From the NCBI GenBank assembly GCA_001949185.1, contig BDGG01000001.1:2559324-2623323 (forward strand): DNA of 64,000 bases, written 5' to 3'. The notes beneath the pieces are model-generated. The model was not told where the DNA came from. It was given only the letters and a program-made list of their open reading frames with translations, and did not search any database. Below are positions 1 to 13,571 of this stretch, in pieces (the first letter of the stretch is position 1; every line of letters begins with the position of its first letter). A program made the position numbers and the translations under genes. This DNA comes from Ramazzottius varieornatus (Eukaryota > Animalia > Tardigrada).

Positions 1-3000
1 CCGTCAATTCGATTACCGCGCGTTGAAAAAACAACACTTTTTTCGCTGTCCAATTTTTCTGCATATTTTTCTGGTCGTTTTTGAAAAGGAAGAATCAACC
101 TTGACTTTCGCTCCAAACGCCGTTGGACTGTTCGTCCACCCCGGGGCAGACTTGCTCCAGTTCCGGCAGCTGTTCCGGTATTCTTGAACCGTCAGCGGAC
201 AAGGAAGCTACGGCATCGTTAGAGGAGAAATCGGAAGGTTTGCAACGCAGTCTGCCGCGGCATTCAACGTGTTTGTCACCATAGAATAAACACTGGCCGA
301 TAATTGTGCTGTTACTCCCAACCGCACCCACACTCGGAACTAAAAATAACAATCACATTCCCTTCAAGTATTGTCTATACAGAGTAACTCGACTCAAAAC
401 CGATCACATTTCATCTCAATCAAATTCAAGGCCTCGATGATCCCCATACCCAATATCGATATTCCGACGAGGAGGATCCCAACCAGCGAAAAACGGTTTG
501 GAATATTTAGATCCATGTTCTCATCCGCCCAAAATCCAACTGACCAATAATTCATAACATGCTTTGCCGCGATCTGCGCGTGTGAAACTCTGCAAGATGG
601 GTTCATTTATGGAATCGGTTGTTTTCCTTTAAATGTAAGTACTCTCGATCATATCAGTCTAGAGATCGTCGCCGGAAATGTTTAGCCATTACGGCTATTT
701 TCCCTACGCTAATCTGACTCAACTTGGCTCTATCCGGTAATCTTCGGCTAGATTATCGAATATAGAAATCGTCCCACAGTTCAAGCTACAATGAACTGTA
801 CTGAGCATACTGCATTTCCCAGTCCTTCTACGTCACACCAACAACTTCCTCGCTGTGAAGTACTCGGAAGCCGTCAGCAACGCTGGAAGAAGATTCGTTA
901 GAAAAAGGCGTAGTCAATATTGTTCCTTTCGAATTACATGTCAAAAAACATCAGTTAACCAGTCAAGCATGAACTAATTTTGCGGGTTATGTATCCGGGA
1001 ACCTGCTGTGCTTAAGGTCAGAGTACAGTACGGTACTCATGAGGCATGTGACGGGAGATGCCGGCTAGTAAGTAAAATGACAGCGTGCGTGATTTGTTGT
1101 AATCATCGCAAACGGGATATTACGGACTGGCGATCGATTAGGTCTCCGCTGAGAAGTCTGATTACGGCTGGTGGGCTCCAGCGTTAAGTGCGCCAACCCG
1201 CCCCAATGCCTGCTCTAAGGTGGCAAAACTGCCAGAGTTGAAATGCCCTTTTTATCCTCAAATTTTCAATCGATAGGACACAATTACCCCTGCGAGTGTG
1301 TCAATTATATCCCTACTCCACCACCTAATAGACTAGCCATCCCACCATTCGCTCCCTCTACGTGCCTGCAGAGCTTGTCAAGATAGCCTGTAGACTTTCC
1401 TGGACTCACATAAAATACTTTGTAATCCCACGCTCAGCCTTGAGCACTACAAACTGGTGTGTGCTACTTTAAATTTCGAAGAAATATCGTTGAAAAAAAT
1501 TCCATAGTGGGAGTGGAGAAACTGCCGTCTTGGATAAAATTATGAGATATTATTGTTGTTTTTTCTTGAATACTTAGTATTCGGTGTGTAAAAATGTTAC
1601 AAAGAACTCCTCTTGGACTTGACGAAGGCAGGAGACTTGGTGGAATATACGTTTGCTTGGGCTGGCGAATCGCGAACTTTCCTGCGTGTGCAAAACGATC
1701 ACATAACATTTGAGGGGTTCATTTATGTCTCATTATGTGCACGAGTATTTCCGGTTGGGTGTCAATTGTCATGAGGGACAATCATCCCCTTCATGGTATG
1801 GCGCAAGAGCAGATGGTGCTGTTTTTCCGGTACTCAAATACCCAGCACAGTGGGGACGATGTGGGTCGAATTACGTGCTGGATGGAACATGTCAAAACGC
1901 CAGGAAATTCTAGTCGCAAGTTGTGAGTATCGACTTTTTAAAAGAAGGAAGAAGAAAAAGAGTTTGAATGGGGCTCTTGGACGACGACGAACGCTAACGT
2001 CAGTCGGAGAGAGAAACCAGGGTAAAGTTTGCATAAGGAACATTTGCCTGATTCGAAATGAGGCACATGAGCTGAATCCAGCAGATTGACCAGCTCTCGC
2101 CTGCCATGATCGGCATAAACTGTCGACCGGGATCTCTCGCGCAGGGCGCACAGACGAGACGGAAATGTAATGGGAGAAGTGATCAATAAGTCTTTGACAT
2201 GCAGAGTAGTATATCAGCTAGGCCCAACTTGAAAATACATTCTCCCGCTCGGCGGGATGTATAACGAGGAAGGAAGAGAGTGCTCTGCATATGCTTGTAT
2301 TACAGTACGCGCCCATGATGGATCTATACAATACACAAAAAGTCTAGCTAAGCCGTATAACTAACTTTACGCGCACACCGCATCAACAGAATCACTTTGC
2401 CACTTCTTTTGCCACTAATGAAAAGACGTCAACCATACAATGCCGTCCCATAATCCCTCACTCAACTTTATCGGTATGCCTTCATCGGAAATTTGACATC
2501 TCACTCAAGGAAACCAGTTCCCCGTCGTCTTGGTCCTCGCAAAAAACGCGCCTCCGAAGCTAAAGCCTTGGGAGACGAGACTTGATTTCGCTGAATGCTA
2601 CAAGTGCGCGGTTTGTCTTCCTCGTTTCTTTACGGAATACCCACTACGGAACAATATCTTTCGGCGCTCCCCACTACCTTACGAAAATTACAAGCGTTAT
2701 GGCAAAGTGTTTCCTCAGACTGAATCCGGTACTAGCTTTGATCAGGTCTAACTGAGGTAAGGCCCTTTTTTATGGTCCCGTAAAGAGCGTGTAATACATC
2801 TAAGTTAGTTGGTAATATATTATCTGCTCAGTATCCGCTCAGCAGTCAGGCATGCAAACTACTGTAGGCCTTGAGTACCCTCGCTCTCGTGTAAAGTAAT
2901 ACCTGTCATACGTTCTTTCTGCTCGGGCTCAGTACGGTGTAGAACTCCATAGCGAGCCTTTCCTGTGCTAAGTATGCGTATTCTCAAGAAGACTGCATCG

Positions 3001-3406
3001 CACAAAATAAACGAAGTTAAAAATCGGAGATGCAGATTGGAATATTGTACTGTCCATGAGCGCGGAAAACGCATCCGGTTCTCTCGTTAGTCGAGACTTA
3101 ATGTGTTTCGAAATATTTGTATGCATATGAGCCCGTTATCGACTAAGTTTTCGAAAATGATATCCGTACTACAGTACACCGTTGTCGCTAACAACGCAAG
3201 ATGGACGCGCCTTTTTCTTGTGCTCAACAACACGTGCTTTCTTGATGAGGAAAATTGAGGAGGAAATTATGCTGTCGCGAAACGATCCGGGTGACTGAAG
3301 CAGGAAGCGGTTATGCAACATCACTTACCTTTTCTCTCACGCTATTCTTGAAATTAGCTTGAACTTCGAACTAAATGATCTTCATGTTCCAGGACGCCCT
3401 CCCACA

Positions 3407-6400
3407 ATGACACGGACAACCTTGCCCGATAGAAGCACCCTGATGAGAATATTCTTCCATCTTACGGTTTTCACGCTGGGCTTTACGACAGCTGGTATGA
3501 AAATTCTCACTCCATCCCTCCTTCCCTTTTACTGCAGGAATATAATTTAATGTAAATATGAATATAAACTGGGTATCCTACAGTTCCGCCCATGCCGCAA
3601 GGTTCGATGAGGAGTACAGCAGAAACAGGCCTTTCGACCGGACGAGCACCACGAATAATTGAGCATCCATCTGATCTGATAGTACCTCGTAACGAGCCAG
3701 CAACTCTTCACTGTCGAGCTGACGGAATCCCTAACCCTCAAATTTCATGGTTCAAGGACCATGGAGAGCTCGTTGGCAGCTTGCCTGCTAGTCATGCACA
3801 AGATAATGCAGCCACGCGAAAACTAGATGGCGAAGCAGCGCTCGATCCTCGTATCGTGCAACAAAATGGCGCCTTGTTCTTCACGCGCGTCTTGCATAAC
3901 CGGAAGGGCAGCAGAACAGACTCTGGCATATACTTCTGCAAAGCAGTCAATCAGTTTGGCGAAGTCAGAAGCAACAACGCAAGTCTTCAAGTTGCGTGTA
4001 AGTACTTGACGTCCTGATTGCGGAAGTCCTAAGAAGTGCCCTGGAAGCCTTTCTACTTCTTCCCTGATTTTCTGTTTAAGCTTGAGTATTTTTCAGTTCT
4101 CCAACCGTATTCCCATACACTCACTTGTTGGCATTTTTACCTTATATCCGCCTTCTTGCACCGTCGAATTTTTCAGATATTCGAGACGACTTCCGGCGTC
4201 AGCTAAATGGGACTATCCTTACACGAGCCGGTGAATCCACCCAGCTGGACTGCAATCCTCCACGTGGCTTTCCCATTCCGAAGATTTACTGGAAGGCACA
4301 AGACGGCAAACAAGTGAAAACGGCTGGTCGATTCACATTGACTGGAGAAGGTAACTTACTCATCGATAACGTCAAGGCGGGAGACGCCGGAGACTACACC
4401 TGTGTTGTGGAGAACCTGGCCGGACAGCGAGAATCCGCACCCGTCACGCTCCGAGTCTTGTCTGCCCCTTCGGCGCTGGTACCACCACATGACATCACGG
4501 CACTGGCAGACGATAATATCGTGCTGGAATGTAAAGCGAAGGGGTATCCGGAACCCATCATATCTTGGAGGAGGAACGACAGTCGACGAGCTCTGTACAG
4601 CAATCGGATCACCAGCCAGGAGCCAGGAGTTCTGCGGATCAGCCGCGTTACAACTTCTGATGAAGGAATCTATATCTGTCAGGCAGAAGTAAGACATATC
4701 AGAACACATTTCCGAGCAGGTCCAGCGGAAGTCAAAACTCTGGGAAACGCGAGAATACGAAAAGAGCGATATGACGAACTCGCTGTGACGTTATGGCCAA
4801 TAAGGACATGACCTCACACTGTAATTCAAATTGAGATACAGTAATTTCGCTGCGAACTTGCCAATAATTTCTTCCCACAATATCTCCGTACACTGAACTA
4901 TTCTGGCATTGGGTTGAGAGGTGCTTTACGCGTCTTACTTTCTAGCATGTTTCTCTTTGTAGAATACGATCGGCTCAACGACGATAGGCTCGGCGACGGT
5001 AACAGTCCATACACGGCCAACTTTCATCGTGCCTCCTCAGGATCAACGCGTAGTGGTGAACGCCGATGTCTCCTTGGACTGCTTGACCAGCGGAATACCA
5101 GCACCAGCAGTATTCTGGACGAGAGAAGGCAGCCAAGCGTTGATGTTCCCTAACCAGCCAAACGGGCGTTTCTTGGTCCAATCCGACGGCACGCTGACCA
5201 TCAGCAATGTGAAGATCGAAGATGCTGGATTCTTCGTTTGTTCTGCCCTCTCCGTGGCGGGATCTGCCATCGCTAAAGTGAAGCTGTATGTAACCTGAAA
5301 CTATACGAAACTTGTGATAAGCAACGTGGAATGAGAAGGATTTCGTTCGCAGAGAAATTTCCGAAGTGGCAAAATCGCCATTTCCTGTGATACTAGTCGG
5401 TCCTGCCAATCAAACACTGGCAATCAGCTCGGTTGCCTTTCTGCCGTGCAGAGCGTCCGGAACGCCCTCTATTCGCTGGACAAAGGATGGCGATGACGTC
5501 ACGGCGGAACGCCATCCTCGAGCCAGAATCCTGGACACTGGAACGCTACAAATTTCCGACCTGCGCATTACAGATTCTGGGATCTACACCTGCATAGCTT
5601 CATCTGTCAATGGAAGAAGCACGTGGTCAGCTGGCCTGATAGTGGACTCCCCAGCCAATGGACATGTGATGTTCCACCGGATGCCCGACATCTCCAGTCT
5701 TCCTGGTAACATTTCCATATTTCAGTTTCCAAAACTTTTCATCGGCGTTCGAGTTGTTTATTTCCATTGTGAATACGTACGTTTATCATCTAACGATAAA
5801 AGTGCATATTGTATTCTGTTCCGCAGATCCACCCTCCAAGCCACAAGTGGACAATGTGACCGAGAAATCCGTCGAGCTCACCTGGAAGATCGCACCATCG
5901 ACCCATTCTGACGTGAGCATCTTGAAACTATACAGGGTGGAGTATTTCGCTTTCGACAATCCGAAAGGTTGGATAGTCTTCGGGCAGCCCACGAGCTCGA
6001 GCCAACTCGTCATCTCTTCTCTTCGTCCGGATTCTTCTTACGTGTTCCTCGTTCGTACTCTTACATCAGCCGGTCTCTCGCAACCAAGCCCGCTGTCGGA
6101 CATCGTCAGGACCATGAACACTCCGAGACAGATGCCAGACTACGACCTGTCGGAGATCCGTTTAAAGTTCTCTGTCAGGATGGTACAGCTGTTGGAGGTC
6201 CAGGCTACCTCTTCGGTGTCATTGACGATTGTGTGGAAAGTCATCCAAGATGAAAAACTAATCGCTGGGTATTACGTCAAATACCGCGAGCACTTGCTGT
6301 TCAAAGGCAACTATTCCATTGTCACGTTCCATCGAGGCAGTGGACATTACTCATACACGCTGTTCGGTCTGAAGAAGTTTACGCAGTATGAAGTGACACT

Positions 6401-8566
6401 GATCCCGTTCTACAAAGACATTCAAGGGAGAGACAGCAATGTCTTGATTGGACAAACATTATCCGATGGTAAGACTGGAATATCAATGCAGGTATTTTAG
6501 TTGATGGTTAAACTTTTCTTTCGTTTCTAGTACCTGATGCGCCACCTGAGAACGTGCGGGTCTCGATAATCAACACAACGACGTTGCAAGTGAACTGGCA
6601 TCCGCCTGCATCGACGCATGTGAATGGGAACTTGAACGGGTACAGGCTGCTGATAATACCGACAGGCGGAAGTCCGCAAGAGAATGACGTTCACGTACCG
6701 GTTTACCTCATTAAAAACGTCTCCTCAACTGACGAAAGTAGCTTGAGTGAAACTGTCTCGAACCTGGTCTCGGGGATGCGTTACCGGATAACGGTGGCTG
6801 CGCGAACTGATGCGGGACTTGGACTGTCAAGTCGGCCCCTCTACGTCCGCATGGGTAAGTAAATATCCAAATTCCAATTCTATGTTTTGGGTTATCGGAA
6901 GAGAGAAGTACCAGAAAGTTTTCGTCATATGAAAACATATTCATAATTTTCAGAGCGACCGGTTTCCGGTACGGTGGATCTTCTGCAGGAGCCTTGGTTC
7001 ATCAGCGTCCTGTCTTCCGTCTTGGTCCTCTGCATGCTGGCTATCGGTATTCTCTTCATAATACGACGACGCCAAATGGCCCTTCAACTCAAAGCGTCAA
7101 AGCTGCCGGCTTATAATTCGCCAGGACCCTACCACCCATACATTCGCCCTTCCGATAGTGGCGCACTCCTTCCCAACTCCATCATGGGTTTCCCGTTCGT
7201 GCCATCTACACCTTATACCGACCAGCGGACATCGACAGTTCGACCAAGTGACTGGGCCTCCGTCTGTGCAACAGAAGTCGACTTCCGGTCACAGGGATGT
7301 CAGTTGAGCAATCGAATGTTCATCGGCAATGATCAAGTGGTGCAGTATCAACAGCCTGAATGTCCAGTCCATGGTACCATTCGCCACTCGCACAACCTTC
7401 ATGAAAGATTGGCCAAAGCAGAGACAGGCGAAAGTAGCCTGTCGTCTTATCATTCGCACATGTACTCCAACCCGGAAACGGCCAGTGTACACAGCCGTCA
7501 CTCTTCGTTCGATAAAGCACAACAGGACTTCGCGTACGGGTTGAAGGCCTACGAAGACCGCATCCTGATGGAATGGAAGCAGTTTCTCCCGCCACCTCCA
7601 CGCTATCCACCTTCGCTTCCTTCAACAGACAGGAACTCTCCAACTTCAGAGATGGATGGAAATCCCGAGATGGACGACGACCAGTTGGGCGACTATGATT
7701 TCGCTAGACGTTTGAGCGATCTGCGTCATCAGTACGAGCTCGCTCTGCGTATAAGAGACAGCCAGAACGTGCTGAGTCCGCTGGACCAGCAAGGCATGGA
7801 TCTTCATCAAAACGATATACTCCTGCGCCGCGGAGTCAAAGAAAGATTCTCCATTGTAGCTTCACAACGTCCAGGAAGCTTGATAAGAACTCGGAGCTTT
7901 GATTCATGTGTAAACAACGAGGACGCCAGAAGTATAGGTAAGCGTACAACTTCCGGTTGCCTCTTTATAGAGCCCGTTGTTTACAGCCGTGTTTGTTACT
8001 GACGGTAACGCACCTGTATCGTAGGAGGAAGTAGTGATGATCAAACGGACGATGTGAAGTACATCGACGAAGGAGTCAACGAGACTAGTCCTTGCCTAAG
8101 CTCGGAGGCGTCTTTCTTCCTTGAGAAACCTCCGCCACGTCAGAGTATCCAATTACTGAGACAACGTTACTCCACTGAACTTCCGGCCATGCCGGAAACC
8201 CACATTGTTCCTCATCATGCTCAAAGAATAATCAACGGACTTCAAAAGCCGTTCCAAAGAATCGGCAACGCTTCAGGTAATTCATTGCGGTGTATCCAAT
8301 AATGTTATTCACAGTGGGAGTGAAGCTTTTCACTGTCCATTTCAGAAGCAGGTGCGCAAGTCCGGTTTTCGAAGCCGCTCATCGCAGAGAAGCCAGGTCA
8401 CATGTTTCCTTCCACACTGCCGATGAGAAGAAGTTCAACCAAAGAACTCGTCAACGACCAGCGGGATACCAATGGTCGGAAAAAGAAGATTAAAGTCCCC
8501 AGAAAACGGCGACCCAAGACAGTGAGACAAGTCCAGCAAGGAAGTTCAACTGTCCCGGACTGCTGA
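3407..8566 (+). CDS. robo: Roundabout (Robo) receptor: signal peptide, 5 Ig, 3 FN3, TM, cytoplasmic tail; 10 exons
   Basis: In-frame GT-AG exons 3407-3494, 3584-3997, 4177-4688, 4963-5285, 5353-5705, 5827-6468, 6531-6854, 6954-7937, 8025-8276, 8346-8566. Robo signatures: PRIIEHPSDLIVPRNEPATLHC, VAYIRDDFR, CNPPRGFPIP, GPANQTL, QEPWFI before the TM, CC2-like WKQFLPPPPRYPP. Confidence 0.93.
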
Positions 8567-9117
8567 TAAAATTCGAAGTCTTCCAGCCGAAATTCTGGCT
8601 GAACTTCCCTGTGCACCCCTAAGATACCATTCCATGTTAACAATGAAACTTTATTTCATGTACGTAGACACAAGATCCGAAATGGATGGCCACGAACAGA
8701 TTCACGAAGAGTAATCAAAGCGACAGAGACTAAGACAAGAGGACAGTGAGAGTGAGGTTCGTATGTTGAGTACTGCATTAAAGTAAAACTGTAGGAAAGA
8801 TTTTTTAGCGAAACAACTTGCCGAATATGACCAAGCAAAGTACAGTACGTACTACGATCGAGTCTGAAGCGCTTGGAGTTTCCCAAGCTTACAACCAAAT
8901 TCGCTTCAACTAAAGCATCTTACGACATTACCAGATTGCGAAAATTCTACTAAACTAAGCTCATCGTCTTTCGCTGGGGTAAAATCTTTCTGTGTAAAAC
9001 TAATTATGGGCGAACTTCAACGTGCTTCCGGCTCTAAGCGTTACTTCATCATTCAGCGACTCTGTTTTGATGAGATTTCATATGGTGTTGCTTAACTTTA
9101 ACAACTGACGTTTTCGT

Positions 9118-11223
9118 TTATGCCGCCATTACTCGGTCGACGACATCGTTGCAGTCTTCCTTGGGACAGTTCTCTAGCTTCATTCCGCAGTCCATACATG
9201 TGGTGGCATGTCCACACCACAACATGATGCAATTCGGAGGCTTCACTTTGCATATAATGCACTTACTGGTCTGATGATTCTCGTCGGCCTTGGCCGCTGC
9301 ATTCGGAACCTGAGTCTGAGTTCGTGCTACAGGTACTCCGTTAGGCCCATTGGCCGTTGAAGGAGCATTTGGCAAAGAATCGACTAGGCTGGCCATACCG
9401 AAGCCCGCCAGTGTGGCCACGTTGAATCCCGCTTTGAGGTACGCCGGAAGTGGACGTGTATTAGCCTTACACTCCATCTGCACATATTCCAAAATTAGAT
9501 GAAAGAAAAACAAACCTCATTTCGAGGGTCGGCAAACGGAACGTACACATCGTTATCTCCAGTGGCGCACGCTACTAGCTGACAACGATAGATAGGTGAG
9601 CCACTTGGGCCAACGATCTTGTGAGGTTCGTTTGCCGGTCTGTCATGTAATCATCGTAATGGAAACCGTACCTGTCTTCCCAAAACTTGTATGTAGTGTA
9701 GGTTGCATATGTAGTCAGCGTCGTCAGTTCTCTCGTACTCAACGTAAGCGAACCCACGATGCTTGTTTGTCTTTTCCATCAGCGGCATCTGTATGTCGCG
9801 AATTCCCCCGACAGTGTGCTCCAACAGGGCATCCTTCAGGTCCTGAATGGTGGCCTGGTTGGAAATGCCTCCACAGTACACCTGGTAGGGATGGGGGAAA
9901 AGGTTTCGAGGGAAGGCCTGCTTGTTCTCCGCTCGTCGTTGTGCAGCCTCACGAGTACTCTGCAACGAAGAACTTGTGTGTGGATACTTGTACTGCGGAA
10001 GCTGGAAAACAATTTCACAAAATTAACTTCATAACTCTTTTATGCAAAAACAACGTTAGATTCCAAATAACAAACAAACAAGCGTAGACTAGAAAAGCAG
10101 AAAGACTTACGGCAAAAGCTTTCGGATAAACCGGGAACCGATCAATGATATGCTGAGCAGTTGCCAACACCTTCGTCGCGGATTCAGGATTGATAAAGCG
10201 AACTATGGCCGTTGCAGGTTTGTTTGGATAGGGCGTCTTAATTACGTCTTGGACATGACCAAAGTTTTCAAAGTACACCAACAACTGCTGTTCCGACAGC
10301 TGACTAACGTTCGGAACAAACACCTTTCTGGAAATGCAAGAAAGATACGTTAGTCGGATGATTATAAGGAGTAAAGAAATCTATCTCGAAAGTCTTACAA
10401 GTTATCTGGAGCGGGATCCTTCTTCGACAACGGCGCAGTAAACCCTGTGGTACTGTTTACCAATGCGAGCTGTGGCTGCGCACTGGAAGCAACAGCTGGT
10501 AGAGAGAAATAGTTCTGTCGAACATCACCTTTCTCCGAATCGAACTGGATACTTCCAGCTGGTTTGCTGATCAGAGCATCCGAGTTGCCAGAGCTGGAGT
10601 GGACCGGATTTCCGAGCGAAACCTGACTTTCATTCTTCTTAACACTGACTTGATCGCTTCCGTTTGTCGTAGCCTTAGGTCCCGCAAACGATGCCACAGA
10701 AACATGGTCACTCTTCGAACCAGCAATCTCGATCCCAGGCTCGATCACGTTAAGCCTAGAAAAAAAGTAGTAGTGATTTCTAATTGGAGTAGAAAACGTT
10801 CGAAACCATCAGGGCACACAAAAACAGAACGCACTTTTCGATGATATCGTCTTGGATGCCCTTATTAAATTTCACGATCTTTTTCTGCAATAAAATTTAC
10901 AGTAAGAATATTGCACCGTAACAACTGGTCAGATGAAAACAGAGAGTGTACGGCTGTACGCGTGAGAGGAAGACCGGTTTCGTTCGATGAATTATAACGT
11001 ACCGATGCAGCCAATAATTTTAACAGCTCTTCCTTCGTGTTTCCCGCTTCGAGTGCACCCTGGAAATCCGACTCAAGCTCGTCTCGGTGCTCGAGGATAC
11101 CTGCAGACGAACAACCATGTCGATCTCAGCCAGTCGAAAATTATATCGTCTTTCTTCCTTGAGTCATGCTACAACGCTCGTACCAGCGTATCTTGTTCGA
11201 AAGACTCCTTCTTTTCCTGCCAT
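9118..11223 (-). CDS. RNA-binding protein with two Musashi/hnRNP-like RRMs and a C-terminal C3HC4 RING finger
   Basis: ATG at 11223 (MAGKEGVFRTRYA|GILEH...) and six frame-consistent exons. RRM1 KVFVPNVSQLSEQQLLVYFENFGHV; RRM2 VYCGGIS...RGFAYVEY; terminal exon 9118-9477 with CIIC-x11-CGH-x3-CMDC-x6-CPKEDC. Confidence 0.8.
9549..9617. mobile_element. Palindromic mini-element (MITE-like), copy A, in intron 9478-9671
   Basis: atcgttatctccagtggcgcac...gtgagccacttgggccaacgat terminal inverted repeats. Confidence 0.65.
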
Positions 11224-12783
11224 CTTGAGTCGTTGTGTGAAGATATCTCCTACTTTCCGGCTAAATTGGACTTGGATACTACAGCACAGATGATAGATCT
11301 ACGGGAAAAACAGGATCTCCTTTCATTGCCCACCTACGAAAAACATCTAGATCACCAAGATAAGAGCACATAGCGCAGTTTGATCCTGCAGGACTATTAA
11401 CGGGCATGCTCTGACGACTCACCGTAGACTTCGGTTGCTGATGGAACAGGGCAAGTGGTGGCAAACAGGATGAGATCCGTTACATCGCGAGAGATGGTCA
11501 GGAGCCGGAACAAAACCCGTTATATGGCGGACATCTTTGCACTGCCGGGGCAGCCTGGCACAGCTGATCAGTCAGCTGATAACAGATGGAGGGTGACCCT
11601 CCATGAAGGGGGCAGATTGAAAATTCCCTAATAGCTGGATCGGGACCGTAAACGGGTAAACAATTCGCGGGGCGGCACCCTAACGGGTACTGTTGCCGCC
11701 GAGGGAGGCTAAAAGGGAAGAAAACGGGAACTGGGTTTATGGCAGCGCGTATCCCAAGTTCCCAACCATTGAATTACTCCCTATGACTCAGAATACAATG
11801 CTATAGCCTTATTCCCTTCTTTTGTTACCTACTTTCGCTTCTTCTCAGTCACATCCCATTCACAAGCTTATCTCCACTAATGTTGTACTTTGCCCTTCAC
11901 TGGGCAAAGCAAAGTTCAGCAGGGGTTTCAAACACAAACTTACGAACAAAACCAGCTCCGCAACGACAGCTCGTGCCTAAAAATCCCATGTTAGACCCAC
12001 CTGAAGTGGTTTGACATGGGATAACATGGTATATCAAGTCGCATGCAAGGTTGTATTACTAAGCTATGCGAGCATTACGTTAATAGCCTCACACTGTATC
12101 GGCGGCAACAATTACAGAACTGCTTGCCCTAAAGGAACCTCACGGCTCGAGCGGAGTCGAGCCGTTGGGTAACCAAAATTTACACTACTGCGACCGCTCG
12201 GCTCGCCCATGGCAGTTAAACTAGCTAGTGGTTCTGACCACTGAGAAGGCCGAGCAAAGGAGGCAAAAGATTATAGGCCACACACTTCTACTGCGTTACG
12301 TTGCAGTTGCGAGTAGAACGTTTCTGTTGCCCGGATCAAGTTATGCATTTGTTTTCAGTACAGAGCTTGCGATATGTTAAAGGTCGAACAATCTGATCGT
12401 CCATGATATCTCGACAGACTTAAAAAGGGCCTCGCTTCGCTCGGCCTGATTAGCACTGTGAATTCGCTAATTTCCCGTAATTCACTAATCACTCTTCCCA
12501 ATTTCCCGTTTTCTGTCGGAAGTGTCGATCTCTCGGCTACCTTGAAAGGTGTAGTAACCTCTTCCTTGTACACCCAACGGCGCTGAATGTAAGGTGTAAC
12601 CATCTTTGTCTTTTCGGGCTTCCCGGCTCGGTTTCGTATGTTGTGGAGCATTTCATGCCTGATGCCTCTTGCTCTTCATAGGTGAAACCTGGGATTTCCT
12701 CTATAGCTAAATCTGAATGCCGACACGAAGAGGACTTTTGGGATACTAAAGACATTGTTGTCTTCGACCTGCTGGCTCTCTTG

Positions 12784-13230
12784 ATGTGCAGTTTGCTCCG
12801 AAACTTTATCCTGTTGACCACCAGGCTTGGCTGGCGTTCCAACGCTTCCTTCGCCATCCGCGGTACCAAGATGTGCTCCACAGCAGATACGAGTGGGATC
12901 GATGTTCAAGGACTAATGACAGACAAGTTAACCAGACAGTTCTCCCCTGCGAAGCTCGACGTGATCAACGAAAGCTACATGCACAATGTTCCCAAGGGCG
13001 CACAGTCCCACTTTAAGGTGATTGTTGTTTCGGATTTTTTTAAGGGGCAGAGTCTAATCAACAGGCATAAGGCCGTCCAAGAGACGATAAAGGATGAAAT
13101 CGCCAACATGATTCATGCCATCAGTATCGTAGCGAAGACACCGGAAGAATGGGAAAAGACGAACCCGGGAAGCCTGAAGAGTCCAGCGTGTATGGGAGGC
13201 ATGAAAGCTGAAGCTGCTCAGAAGGCCTGA
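12784..13230 (+). CDS. BOLA1: BolA-like protein 1, probably mitochondrial; single exon
   Basis: LDVINESYMHNVPKGAQSHFKVIVVSDFFKGQSLINRHKAV...IHAISIVAKTPEEW...SPACMGG; Arg-rich N-terminal presequence. Confidence 0.92.
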   Translation: MCSLLRNFILLTTRLGWRSNASFAIRGTKMCSTADTSGIDVQGLMTDKLTRQFSPAKLDVINESYMHNVPKGAQSHFKVIVVSDFFKGQSLINRHKAVQETIKDEIANMIHAISIVAKTPEEWEKTNPGSLKSPACMGGMKAEAAQKA

Positions 13231-13571
13231 TTTCACATTGTAACCTTAAATTTCCCAGTTTCCTTCCTTTTGTTACCTGCAGAAGAGTCTAAAGAATCCA
13301 GGTTCAAAAATGGCTATTTGATTTATTTGTGAGTCTGTTCCAGTCTATTCCAAAGACAAGATGAATGATTCGATAAAGTTGAAACGATAATCTTGGTCCA
13401 GCATGAACCGCAGTGGAATGATGGACTGGAATCTGGGTTCGACGTGAACTATCAGTACATGATATGAAATATGACACAGTAAATTGCAGATTTCAAATTA
13501 CGACATGCATCTAACGAGTTTTAGAAGACAGAATGGAATGAACATAACCTTGAATGATAAAGAGATACAAC

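Noticed and set aside
1-3350. Short ORFs upstream of Robo
   Set aside because: No recognisable domain or consistent splice chain; probably 5' UTR, intron or regulatory DNA.
12355-12909. Minus-strand ORFs overlapping the BolA1 5' region
   Set aside because: No homology cues; best explained as antisense or UTR noise.
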